From: an uncultured Bacteroidota bacterium
Lineage (GTDB): Bacteria > Bacteroidota > Bacteroidia > Chitinophagales > Chitinophagaceae
NCBI GenBank assembly: GCA_963745445.1
Contig: CAVUXD010000004.1
Location: forward strand, 33,663 to 97,662
Length of the DNA: 64,000 bases
Reading direction: 5' to 3'
Position 1 is the stretch's first letter. The number at the start of each line of letters is the position of its first letter. Below, one piece after another: positions 52,481 to 61,201 of this stretch. The position numbers and the translations under genes were made by a program. A model generated the notes under the pieces. The model made no database searches and had not been told where the DNA came from. It saw only the letters and a program-made list of their open reading frames with translations.

Positions 52481-55020
52481 ATGGACTCAAGAAGAGAATT
52501 TATCAAAAAGGCATCCCTGTTAGCAGGTGGTGCAGGAATGTTGCATGTGTTGCCGGCTTCAATTGCAAGAGCACTTGCCATTAACCCGGCTCCCGGCAGT
52601 ACCTATTTAGATGCAGAGCATATTGTATTGTTGATGCAGGAGAACCGTTCCTTTGATCATACTTACGGTACACTGCAGGGAGTTCGTGGCTTTAATGATC
52701 CCCGTGCTATCACACTTGCCGGATAAAAATCTTGTTTGGCTGCAATCAAACAAGGAAGGAGAGACCTATGCTCCTTTCCGTTTTGATATCAAGAATACAA
52801 AAATAACCTGGATGGATTCATTGCCGCATGCATGGGCCGACCAGGTAGATGCAAGAAATAACGGCAAATATGACAAATGGCTGGACACTAAACATTCCGG
52901 CAATAAAGAATATGCGGATATGCCGCTTACCATGGGCTATTATACAAGAGCCGATATTCCTTTTTATTATTCACTGGCGGATGCATTTACGGTCTGTGAT
53001 CAGAATTTTTGTTCTTCTCTTACCGGCACTACTCCCAACCGCTTGTATTTCTGGACAGGCACCATTCGTGAAAAGCATAATGAAAATGCAATGGCTAATG
53101 TATGGAATGAGGATGCTGATTATGTCACTATGGTGAATTGGAAAACTTTTCCGGAACGATTGGAAGAAAACGGCATTTCATGGAAAATATACCAGAATGA
53201 ATTAAGCGTGGCGTGGGATTTGAAGGAGACGAAGATGGATGGCTGGCCAATTTCGGAGATAATCCTGTTGAATATTTTACGCAGTATAATGTAAAGCTTG
53301 CACCCGGAATACATTGCCAACTCTTCCGAAAGTAGCAAAACAATTAACTGACGAATTGGAAAAACAGGAACAGCAATTACAGACGCTGGATACCGGCAGC
53401 AAGGAAGCCAGAACAAACAGAAGATGAAATTAAAGCGATGAAGAAAAATATCTTGCCATCAATGCAGAAGATCAGAAGAACTGCACCCTAGAAAAATTTG
53501 AACAGCTATCACAAAAGGAAAAGAATCTACATCAGAAAGCCTTTGTCTGTCAACCGCAATGATCCCTTTTATCATCAGCTTACTTCTATAAAATATAAAG
53601 ATGGGGATGACAGAACGTGAAGTAAAAATTCCGAAAGGCGATGTGCTGCACCAGTTCCGGGAGGATGTAGAGAATGGACAACTTGCCAACCGTATCATGG
53701 ATGGTAGCGCCGGAAAATTTTTCCGATCATCCTTCTTCTGCCTGGTATGGCGCCTGGTATATCAGCGAAGTGATGGATATACTTACAAAGAATCCGGAAG
53801 TTTGGAAGAAGACCATTTTTATTCTTACTTATGATGAGAACGATGGCTACTTTGATCATGTGCCCCCGTTTGTAGCGCCGCATCCGTATAAAAAAGAGAC
53901 CGGCTTCACATCAAAAAAAATAAACACTGGTGTTGAATACGTTGCTAACGAAGATCAGCAATCCATAAAAGATCATGCAAGAGAAAGTTCTATTGGCCTT
54001 GGTTATCGTGTGCCAATGGTGATCGCATCTCCGTGGAGCCGGGGCGGATGGGTAAATTCGGAAGTGTTTGATCATACTTCATCCTTGCAGTTTCTTGAAA
54101 AATTCTTAAGTAAAAAATCCGGAAAGAAAATAGAAGAGCCGAATATCAGCACATGGCGAAGAACAGTCTGCGGCGACCTTACATCGGTATTTCGTCCTTA
54201 TAATGGTGAAAAAATAAATAAGCCGGAGTTCCTTGACCGTGATGAATTTATTGAAAGCATTCATAAAGCACAATTTAAAAATGCGCCTTCCAATTATAAA
54301 CGATTAACAAAGAAAGAAACAGAAAAGATCAACAGAGATCCTCATGCTTCTGGGCTGATGACGGTACAGGAACAAGGTATCCGTTCATCCTGTGCATTGC
54401 CTTATGAATTATATGCAGACGGAAAGCCTAGTGATGATAAAAGATTTTTTGAAATTTCCATGAAGGCAGGCAATGATTTTTTTGCTGAATCTTCATTAGG
54501 TTCTCCTTTCCAGGTGTATGCTCCCGGTAAATATAAAAATGAAGAGGTAAGAACCTGGGACTATGCAGTGACGGCAGGAGATGAGTTAAAAGATAATTGG
54601 CTCGTCAGTGATTTCGGGAACAATCATTATCATTTAAGATTGCACGGGCCTAATGGCTTCTTCCGTGAATTCAGCGGCGACGAGAATGATGCATTGATTG
54701 ATGTAGCTGTAAAATATGAACAAAAAAATAAGATGCTGACAGGAAATATTCTGATACAGATCAGGAATAAAGACAACCGGCCGCAGGAAATTGTTATTAA
54801 TGACAACTCTTATAAAACCGGGACCAAAAGCCAATCATTGGGTGCCGCCAGTTCCAATAATGAAACAACAGAGATCGTTTGGGATAATGCTGAATCGCAT
54901 AGCTGGTATGATCTCAGTGTGAAGATAAAAGGCAATTCATCATTTGAAAGAAGATATGCCGGCAGGGTAGAAACAGGCGTCGCCGGTAAAACCGATCCTT
55001 ATATGGGAAGGGTGATTTGA
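52481..55020 (+). pseudogene. phosphocholine-specific (non-haemolytic) phospholipase C / phosphoesterase family, Tat-exported; 3-4 frameshifts confined to the first 1.2 kb
   Basis: The Tat signal is MDSRREFIKKASLLAGGAGML. Other motifs are MQENRSFDHTYG, NRLYFWTGT and ILTYDENDGYFDHVPP, plus a C-terminal DUF756-like double domain. The last 448 codons (53674-55020) are one intact frame. Confidence 0.85.
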
Positions 55021-55149
55021 TTTCTGATAAAATTTAATAGGATTCATTTGATCAACTCTGTTGATGCTGGCGCTTGCCCCGACCCGTCTCGATAGCTATC
55101 GTGGATGACAATCGTGGGCCTCTGCCAACATTTTTTTTATGCCATCATT

Positions 55150-55292
55150 GGTGTTTAACGGCCCAGCATTCCAAAATCTAATTCATCACAGCAGCAACCC
55201 GAAATTCAAATAACATACTTTGGTTCGTTTGTTGGTGTAAACTTTGATATGTGATAGATGCCGCATTTAAAGATCAACAAAGGTGTAAATGA
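55150..55292. repeat. about 145-nt intergenic repeat, copy 1
   Basis: GGTGTTTAACGGCCCAGCATTCC...CACAGCAGCAACCCGAAATTCAAATAACATACTTTGGTTCGTTTGTTGG... aligns with 57151-57296 in the same orientation. Confidence 0.85.
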
Positions 55293-55309
55293 TTTTTTCT
55301 CATACTGTC

Positions 55310-56120
55310 TTATTTAGCGTTTTTTAATAATTGCAGGCGCATTGCTTCTTCCTGAGCCGGTGTAAGATCATACTGATAGTTATACAAAGCATTTTCCCAC
55401 TCACCATAAGTTGCATTGGGCAATACGATAAACTTTTTTCCCCCATTCCTCTTTTTCCTTATCTGTTTCAGATAATCTTGCATCAATTGGCTGACCCTCA
55501 AAAATATTCATAAAATCATTCAGGTTGTCACCCAACAGCAGGACAACATCATAGTCTTTAAATACAGATTGTCTTCGTTCTTCTTTGGAGGAGCTATTGG
55601 TAAGTAAAAGAATGTGAGATGTGTCTGCATCCGGCAAATTTAGCTTTGTCAATAAATAAAGAGTTGCATTCATTCCTTTTACATTCCTGTTGCTGATATA
55701 AAATATTGTAATGCCTTTGCCGGCAGCGTACTGCAAAAATTGAACTCCGCCCGGCACTGTCGGCACTGTGGGTTTGTCAATCCATTTTTTCCAATCTTCA
55801 TAATTTATATCTTTCCCGTTTACTAATTTGTAGGCTTCTATAAAGCTGTTATCTAAAATAGTTTCATCAAGATCAGTTATAATGGCAAGCTTTTTATTTT
55901 TAAAATCCTGTTCCGGTATTTCATTTACCCGCCATTCGGCAATATTGAAAGCCTGGTAACAGAGTGCCCGGTATTCGGCGGCGGTTTGCTGCCATAATAC
56001 AGGAAAAGTTTTTAGATCATTCTCAGTGTAGGGGCGCATGGCGGTCATTCCGGTAGTGTCCTGTGCCTGTAAATAATTAATAGCACATGCAAAGAAGAAC
56101 AGGAGTCTGATCTTCTTCAT
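55310..56120 (-). pseudogene. 5'-nucleotidase / lipoprotein e(P4)-family class C acid phosphatase, one frameshift near 55450
   Basis: MKKIRLLFFFACAINYLQAQ is the signal peptide. DLDETILDN (DDDD-superfamily motif I) and LLLGDNLNDF (motif IV) are present. The tail continues in ORF 55310-55501 (..LPNATYGEWENALY..). Confidence 0.8.
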
Positions 56121-56196
56121 ATAATGACATGCTTCCCTGGTTACAGCAGATTCAGGTTTTGTTCTGTGGGTTGATTGAATATTCATTTGTTCGTTT

Positions 56197-57051
56197 TTAT
56201 TTATAAATAATATTATCCGGCAAGATCATTTTTTGCTGGTTTATATTTTCTAAACTAAGCCAGAGACCGGCTATGATAAAGGGGATACTTAATAATTGTC
56301 CCATATTAAACGGCAGGTTCTGTTCAAATGTTTCCTGGTTCTCTTTAAAGAATTCTGTAAAAAACCGGACGCAGAATAATAATACCAGGAAAGTGCCAAG
56401 CAAAAAACCGGGTTTAAGGTGATTGGCATTTTTTTTATAGACCCTGAATAAAACAAAAAAAATAATGAGATAGCCTATCGCTTCATATAACATGGCCGGA
56501 TGGCGTGGCAGGCTATCTACCCGTTCAAAAACAACAGCCCATGGAACATCGGATGGCTTGCCGATGATCTCAGAATTAAAGAAATTGCCGGTTCTCACAA
56601 AGAAGCAAGCTAAAGGAACGACAATTGCCAGTCTGTCTAGTATCCAGATCATTTTTATTTTGTATTTACGGCTGAATAACCATACAGCAATAAGAATACC
56701 GATAGCGCCTCCATGGCTGGCAAGTCCCTGGTAGCCGGTTAATTCAAAATGCCCGTTTGAAAATCGAAAAGGCAATATTATTTCAAGCAGATGGGATCTA
56801 TAATAACCGAATTCATAGAACAGGCAGTGTCCTAATCTTGCTCCGGCAATAGTTCCTATAAAAATATACACGGAAAGCTTGTTGAGCAGATCAACGCTCT
56901 GGTTCTCTGACATGAAAACTTTAGAAAGCAGTATATAGCAGAATAAAAAGGCCAGTATGAACATGACGCTGTAGTACCGGAGAGCAAAATCTCCAACCCG
57001 GAAAATTTCGGGATTGATATTCCAGTGTATTTGAATTATAGTACTAATCAT
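56197..57051 (-). CDS. lgt: prolipoprotein diacylglyceryl transferase
   Basis: Intact 284 aa polytopic membrane protein. It has ..FALRYYSVMFILAF.., GARLGHCLFYE and HGGAIG, plus the conserved Arg-rich loop. Confidence 0.88.
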   Translation of the reverse strand: MISTIIQIHWNINPEIFRVGDFALRYYSVMFILAFLFCYILLSKVFMSENQSVDLLNKLSVYIFIGTIAGARLGHCLFYEFGYYRSHLLEIILPFRFSNGHFELTGYQGLASHGGAIGILIAVWLFSRKYKIKMIWILDRLAIVVPLACFFVRTGNFFNSEIIGKPSDVPWAVVFERVDSLPRHPAMLYEAIGYLIIFFVLFRVYKKNANHLKPGFLLGTFLVLLFCVRFFTEFFKENQETFEQNLPFNMGQLLSIPFIIAGLWLSLENINQQKMILPDNIIYK

Positions 57052-57150
57052 TTGTCTTCATTAATAATAGTTTGCTCTGTCAGGATAGCTTTCAGCAAGC
57101 TTTTATATTTTATGATAATTCATTTATAGAAATATCTTTTCTCCGTTCTT

Positions 57151-57296
57151 GGTTTTTAACGGTCCGCCATTCCCAAATTTAGTTTATCACAGCAGCAGCC
57201 TGAAATTCAAATAACATACTTTGGCTCGTTTGTTCGTCTGAACTTCGATATAGAATGGATGCTTGCATGTGAAGATCAGCAAAAAAGTAAAAATTT
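57151..57296. repeat. about 145-nt intergenic repeat, copy 2
   Basis: A direct repeat of 55150-55292, roughly four fifths identical by eye. It lies between lgt and the DUF3570 gene. Confidence 0.85.
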
Positions 57297-57386
57297 GCAT
57301 TATTCCTCCCGAAGAAAATCAAACTTGAGTCCCACTGGGGCTTCTTACGATAGCCCCCGGCTAAACAAAAATTTGAACCATTAGTG

Positions 57387-58595
57387 CTATTTAAAAGTAA
57401 GATTAAGCGAAATGTTGTTTGCCAATAACCCGGTAGTTTGCTGGTAATGTCCATAACGGATCTCAAGTGCACTGAAATTCTTTGAACCAAATATTCCTTT
57501 GGGTGGCGCAATGCGAAGATTCACTCCTTCATAATTGGAAGAGAAGGCTGAGTAATCATAATCACTGGAATAATATTGGTCTGCCGCAGTGTGCTTTGCG
57601 TAAGGAGCAAAAAAGTTGGCAGCAGTTTGTACATAATAACGATAGAATGGACTAATAGAAACAAAAGGCGTGATCTTATATGGAACTTCAATACTTGCTG
57701 TATGAGAACGAACACCCCAGTTATCAAGATAATACCTGTAATAAGACCGAATGATAATTTTATCACCCAAAAAATAATTCAATCTTATTCCCAATGGCAA
57801 TTTATACCTCGAGCTGGGAAGGTTCTCGATATGAACCGAATTATCATTGAAATAAACACGGTAAAAGGGGAGGCCTAAATAACCTTGCTGCACCACACCA
57901 TCCGCAAGTAAAGACACCTGTGTTCTCTGGTTCACCACTTGTGAAAGTGAGAAAGAGGCATCAAAAGTATTACGGGGATTTGAAGGAATCAAGCTCCTTG
58001 AATTTCTGCTACTCGCTGATGTAACGACGACAGTAGCAGGTCTCAATTCGCTTGGTTCTACCATTTTTACCCGATCAATGAAAAGAGTTCCCTTAGCAGT
58101 AAACTCCCGGTTGTCATTGCGGGATTTTTTGGTAAAAAGAATATTGCCACCAAAAGATTGATAAGTGAATTCATGAGAATAAGAAGCGCCAAGTCCGAAC
58201 ACCGTTCTTTTTTGATCGTTCTGGATCGACCAGTTGAAAGAAGGATAAATTCTTGTTCCGCCAGTTCTGGAAGCACCTGTTTTTGAAACGTAAGCAGAAG
58301 ATGCAGCAGTGTGGTGATCGATGCCTAATTCAAATTCATAGCTATGCTTATTACCCAATATATCCCAGTTCACCAGTTTCAGGTTGATGGTATTGGAAAT
58401 ATCCGTCAGTTTCTGAGTTCCGATACCTCCCGTCACCGGTGAACGATTACCATTCTGTATATAATATCCTGAAACAATATTTACATCCTCAGTTTTCAAA
58501 GTGAGCGGTTTATAATCATCGGATGTGGGGCTTTGAGCAAAAGAATGAAAGCAAGCGAAAAAAATTCCAACAGCAAACAGACAGATCCTTCTCAT
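57387..58595 (-). CDS. DUF3570-type outer-membrane beta-barrel protein
   Basis: Intact 402 aa with a signal peptide. It has alternating beta-strand patterning and the C-terminal ..NISLNLTFK. Its operon context with DUF4266, ApbE and thioredoxin is the canonical one. Confidence 0.75.
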   Translation of the reverse strand: MRRICLFAVGIFFACFHSFAQSPTSDDYKPLTLKTEDVNIVSGYYIQNGNRSPVTGGIGTQKLTDISNTINLKLVNWDILGNKHSYEFELGIDHHTAASSAYVSKTGASRTGGTRIYPSFNWSIQNDQKRTVFGLGASYSHEFTYQSFGGNILFTKKSRNDNREFTAKGTLFIDRVKMVEPSELRPATVVVTSASSRNSRSLIPSNPRNTFDASFSLSQVVNQRTQVSLLADGVVQQGYLGLPFYRVYFNDNSVHIENLPSSRYKLPLGIRLNYFLGDKIIIRSYYRYYLDNWGVRSHTASIEVPYKITPFVSISPFYRYYVQTAANFFAPYAKHTAADQYYSSDYDYSAFSSNYEGVNLRIAPPKGIFGSKNFSALEIRYGHYQQTTGLLANNISLNLTFK

Positions 58596-58650
58596 TTTTT
58601 ATTTTTTAGATCAAACAATATTTATCCTGGCTATCTATGTTTTAAAGAAA

Positions 58651-58872
58651 TTAATTGCATCCGCAACCACCGCCGACCTTTCCTCCATTGGCACCCGAAG
58701 AACCTTCACGGTATGACATGAAACTCATTTCAGTTTTTTCCACTTTTCTTGCTGCCAACTGCATTTCAGAATCATTGATCCTGTTCTTCTGGTATTCTTT
58801 TACCGGAGTGCAAACTGAAAACAAAATGGGAATAAGGAATACCAATAAAATTGTTAGTGCTTGTTTTCTCAT
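58651..58872 (-). CDS. DUF4266 small lipoprotein
   Basis: Intact 73 aa with a lipobox-like LFSVC and the family-typical Gly/Cys tail ..EGSSGANGGKVGGGCGCN. Confidence 0.75.
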   Translation of the reverse strand: MRKQALTILLVFLIPILFSVCTPVKEYQKNRINDSEMQLAARKVEKTEMSFMSYREGSSGANGGKVGGGCGCN

Positions 58873-58885
58873 GACGAATTGTTTT

Positions 58886-59815
58886 TCATGTTAAATGAAT
58901 ATTTCGGGATACATAGAGGTTGTTATCATCGTCAATGATCACACATTCCACCTGCTTTATCTGGTCGATCAGACTGAGACCAGCTTTGATTCCCATTATG
59001 GTTACCGGTGTGGCTAATGCATCACACAATTCTGCATTCGGGGAAATGACCGTTACACTTTTGATCCCGGTGATTGGCAATCCTGTCCGGGGATTAATAG
59101 TATGGGAATATTTTTTATTATTGATCATTACATATTTTTCATAGTTGCCGGAAGTGGCCACAGCCATATCGGTGATCTTCATATAAGAGAATGGCATGTC
59201 GGCAACATCAGGATGAGCGATCCCGATTGTCCAGGCTGAACCATCAGATTGATGACCCCATGCTGCGAGGTCACCGGAAGCATTTACAATACCACTCGTG
59301 ACACCGTTTTTTATCATCACTGCTTTTGCCATTTCTGCTGCATAGCCTTTGCCGATTCCTCCAAAGCCTATTCGCATTCCTTTTTCTTTTAAAAAAACCG
59401 ATTGTTCCTCCGCATCAAGAATAATGTTCCTGTAATTGATAAGCCTGACCATTTTTTTTGCTTGTTTCGGATCGGGTAGGGAAGTCATATTCTTATCAAA
59501 ATTCCATAGCCGCTTATCAATCGAACCATACGTAATGTCAAAAGCTCCCTGCGTGAATTCAGATATACGGATACTGCGTTGAATTAACTGGAAAACTTCT
59601 GCGCTTACTTTTATCGGTTTAATGCCCGCATTAGCATTAATAAGATTGGTTTCGCTGTCATCTTTGAAAGTGGTCAGGATCTTTTCAATCCGGCGTATCT
59701 CATTTACAGCTTCATCAATCCTTTCATTTGCCCAATTTTCATCGTCAGCTACTACTGAGATCTCAAAATGATTTCCCATCAACAGCATTCCTTTTTTATG
59801 AAAACCCGGCGGCAT
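58886..59815 (-). CDS. apbE: FAD:protein FMN transferase (ApbE family)
   Basis: LMGNHFEISVV.., ..GFGGIGKGYAAE.., ..VATSGNYEKY..HTINPRTG.. are ApbE signatures. The start is placed at the Met just after the thioredoxin stop. No signal peptide is evident at any candidate start. Confidence 0.85.
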   Translation of the reverse strand: MPPGFHKKGMLLMGNHFEISVVADDENWANERIDEAVNEIRRIEKILTTFKDDSETNLINANAGIKPIKVSAEVFQLIQRSIRISEFTQGAFDITYGSIDKRLWNFDKNMTSLPDPKQAKKMVRLINYRNIILDAEEQSVFLKEKGMRIGFGGIGKGYAAEMAKAVMIKNGVTSGIVNASGDLAAWGHQSDGSAWTIGIAHPDVADMPFSYMKITDMAVATSGNYEKYVMINNKKYSHTINPRTGLPITGIKSVTVISPNAELCDALATPVTIMGIKAGLSLIDQIKQVECVIIDDDNNLYVSRNIHLT

Positions 59816-59819
59816 TAAT

Positions 59820-60266
59820 TTAATTGGGTTTATAAGACATTGCAAACTGTATCTGGTCAGTAAAAGCTTTTGGGCCCTGATCAAAAAAACCTTCCCAGGT
59901 CTTCAGCACTTTTCCGTTTTCGTCCAATAATAATGTATAAGGGAAGATCCCTGTCTTGTTATATTGATCGGCCAAAGCATCATTTCGTTTCGCCTGGCCT
60001 TTTGGTAACTGATTTTTTTTGAGCCTGGGAAAATCGGCATTAACAAGAACAAGATGTTGATCGGCAAATTGCTTGAAGATATCCGAATCGAAAACCCCAC
60101 TATGAAGCCGAATACATGGCCCACACCAGTCTGACCCGGAAAAATTGAGTAAAATAAATTCGTGTTTTTGTTTTGCCAATTGTTTGGCTTCATCAAAATT
60201 GGTGAGCCAATTGGAATTGTCGTTGCAATGAAAAAGAAACAGGAAGGAGAGGAGGAATAGTTTCAT
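59820..60266 (-). CDS. thioredoxin-family protein with signal peptide
   Basis: Intact 148 aa with NFSGSDWCGPC (CxxC) and a thioredoxin_7-like layout. Confidence 0.85.
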   Translation of the reverse strand: MKLFLLSFLFLFHCNDNSNWLTNFDEAKQLAKQKHEFILLNFSGSDWCGPCIRLHSGVFDSDIFKQFADQHLVLVNADFPRLKKNQLPKGQAKRNDALADQYNKTGIFPYTLLLDENGKVLKTWEGFFDQGPKAFTDQIQFAMSYKPN

Positions 60267-60849
60267 TGGAAAAATCAGCTTTCTTTATTAATGCAATAAT
60301 ACTTTATTCATTGCCTCAGACTCATTCGATTAACAAAAGATTAGTTGTTTGAGATTTTTTTTATCAAATATTTTCTTTTCAAAAATCATGCGTCAACAAT
60401 GTTCACTAAAATTTCTTGAGGTATGTCAATAGATTGTGCTCATAAAATGTTAACGGATGATCGAAGTCGTTCTTTCAACCCGATTCACTATGAAACCTCT
60501 TTTTAGACACTGCCGTCTATTTTACTTCGTTTTAAACTGTGTTGGAAATTCTAAAAGGAGAACAATAAAATGAAGGATTCACTTAGTCATTAGTAGGTAA
60601 CCGGATTAAATCCGGCATTTGTCGTAGTGCAAATTCTACACAATCCTCAATTTTTTCAGCACACCTAAAGGGTTCAAAGTTCTATTTTCTTTGGCTCGAT
60701 TTTGGCCGTATTTCGCATAAGAATACGAATACGAACCAATCCTTTGAAAAGCCACCCTTGAAAAACCGGATCCAACTGATCCCCCTAAAAACCTACTAAT
60801 CCAGATCCTTTGAAATGAGCCAGATCCGTACAATTTTAAAAAGCCAACA

Positions 60850-61188
60850 ATGAAAAAACCAATGAACAGAAAGAAAAAACCAATGAACAGAAATAGCACG
60901 GAAAACTCCACCGTTGCCGTCAGCGCTTTCCTCGAAGAGCCAGCAATACTTCAAAACCTGGTGGAAAAACTGGCGCGGCGAGATGAAGATGATCTTAGTT
61001 TCGAATCATTAACTGGTGAATGGAAACCGATCCTTTCATCTTCGCTGGAAGGATATGCCAACGGCGACCTGGTTATGTCTGATGAAAAGGATTTGATCAA
61101 CTCATTATTTGACACCTGTTTTATTTTTACCTGCACCAGGGAAAGAAAAAAAAATTACCGGTTGGCCTGGGTCTGCTCACTTTCATAG
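60850..61188 (+). CDS. hypothetical protein (112 aa), doubtful
   Basis: An ORF with a duplicated 24-nt 5' segment (MKKPMNRKKKPMNRN). No motif recognised. Confidence 0.3.
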   Translation: MKKPMNRKKKPMNRNSTENSTVAVSAFLEEPAILQNLVEKLARRDEDDLSFESLTGEWKPILSSSLEGYANGDLVMSDEKDLINSLFDTCFIFTCTRERKKNYRLAWVCSLS

Positions 61189-61201
61189 AAGCCTGAAAAG
61201 A

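Noticed and set aside
59815-59884. Thioredoxin-ApbE translational fusion hidden by a frameshift
   Set aside because: The ApbE frame is open 23 codons upstream of its Met and overlaps the thioredoxin 3' end. However, the thioredoxin C-terminus reads naturally to its own stop, and the 4-nt spacing is typical of coupled separate genes. The idea cannot be excluded without orthologue comparison.
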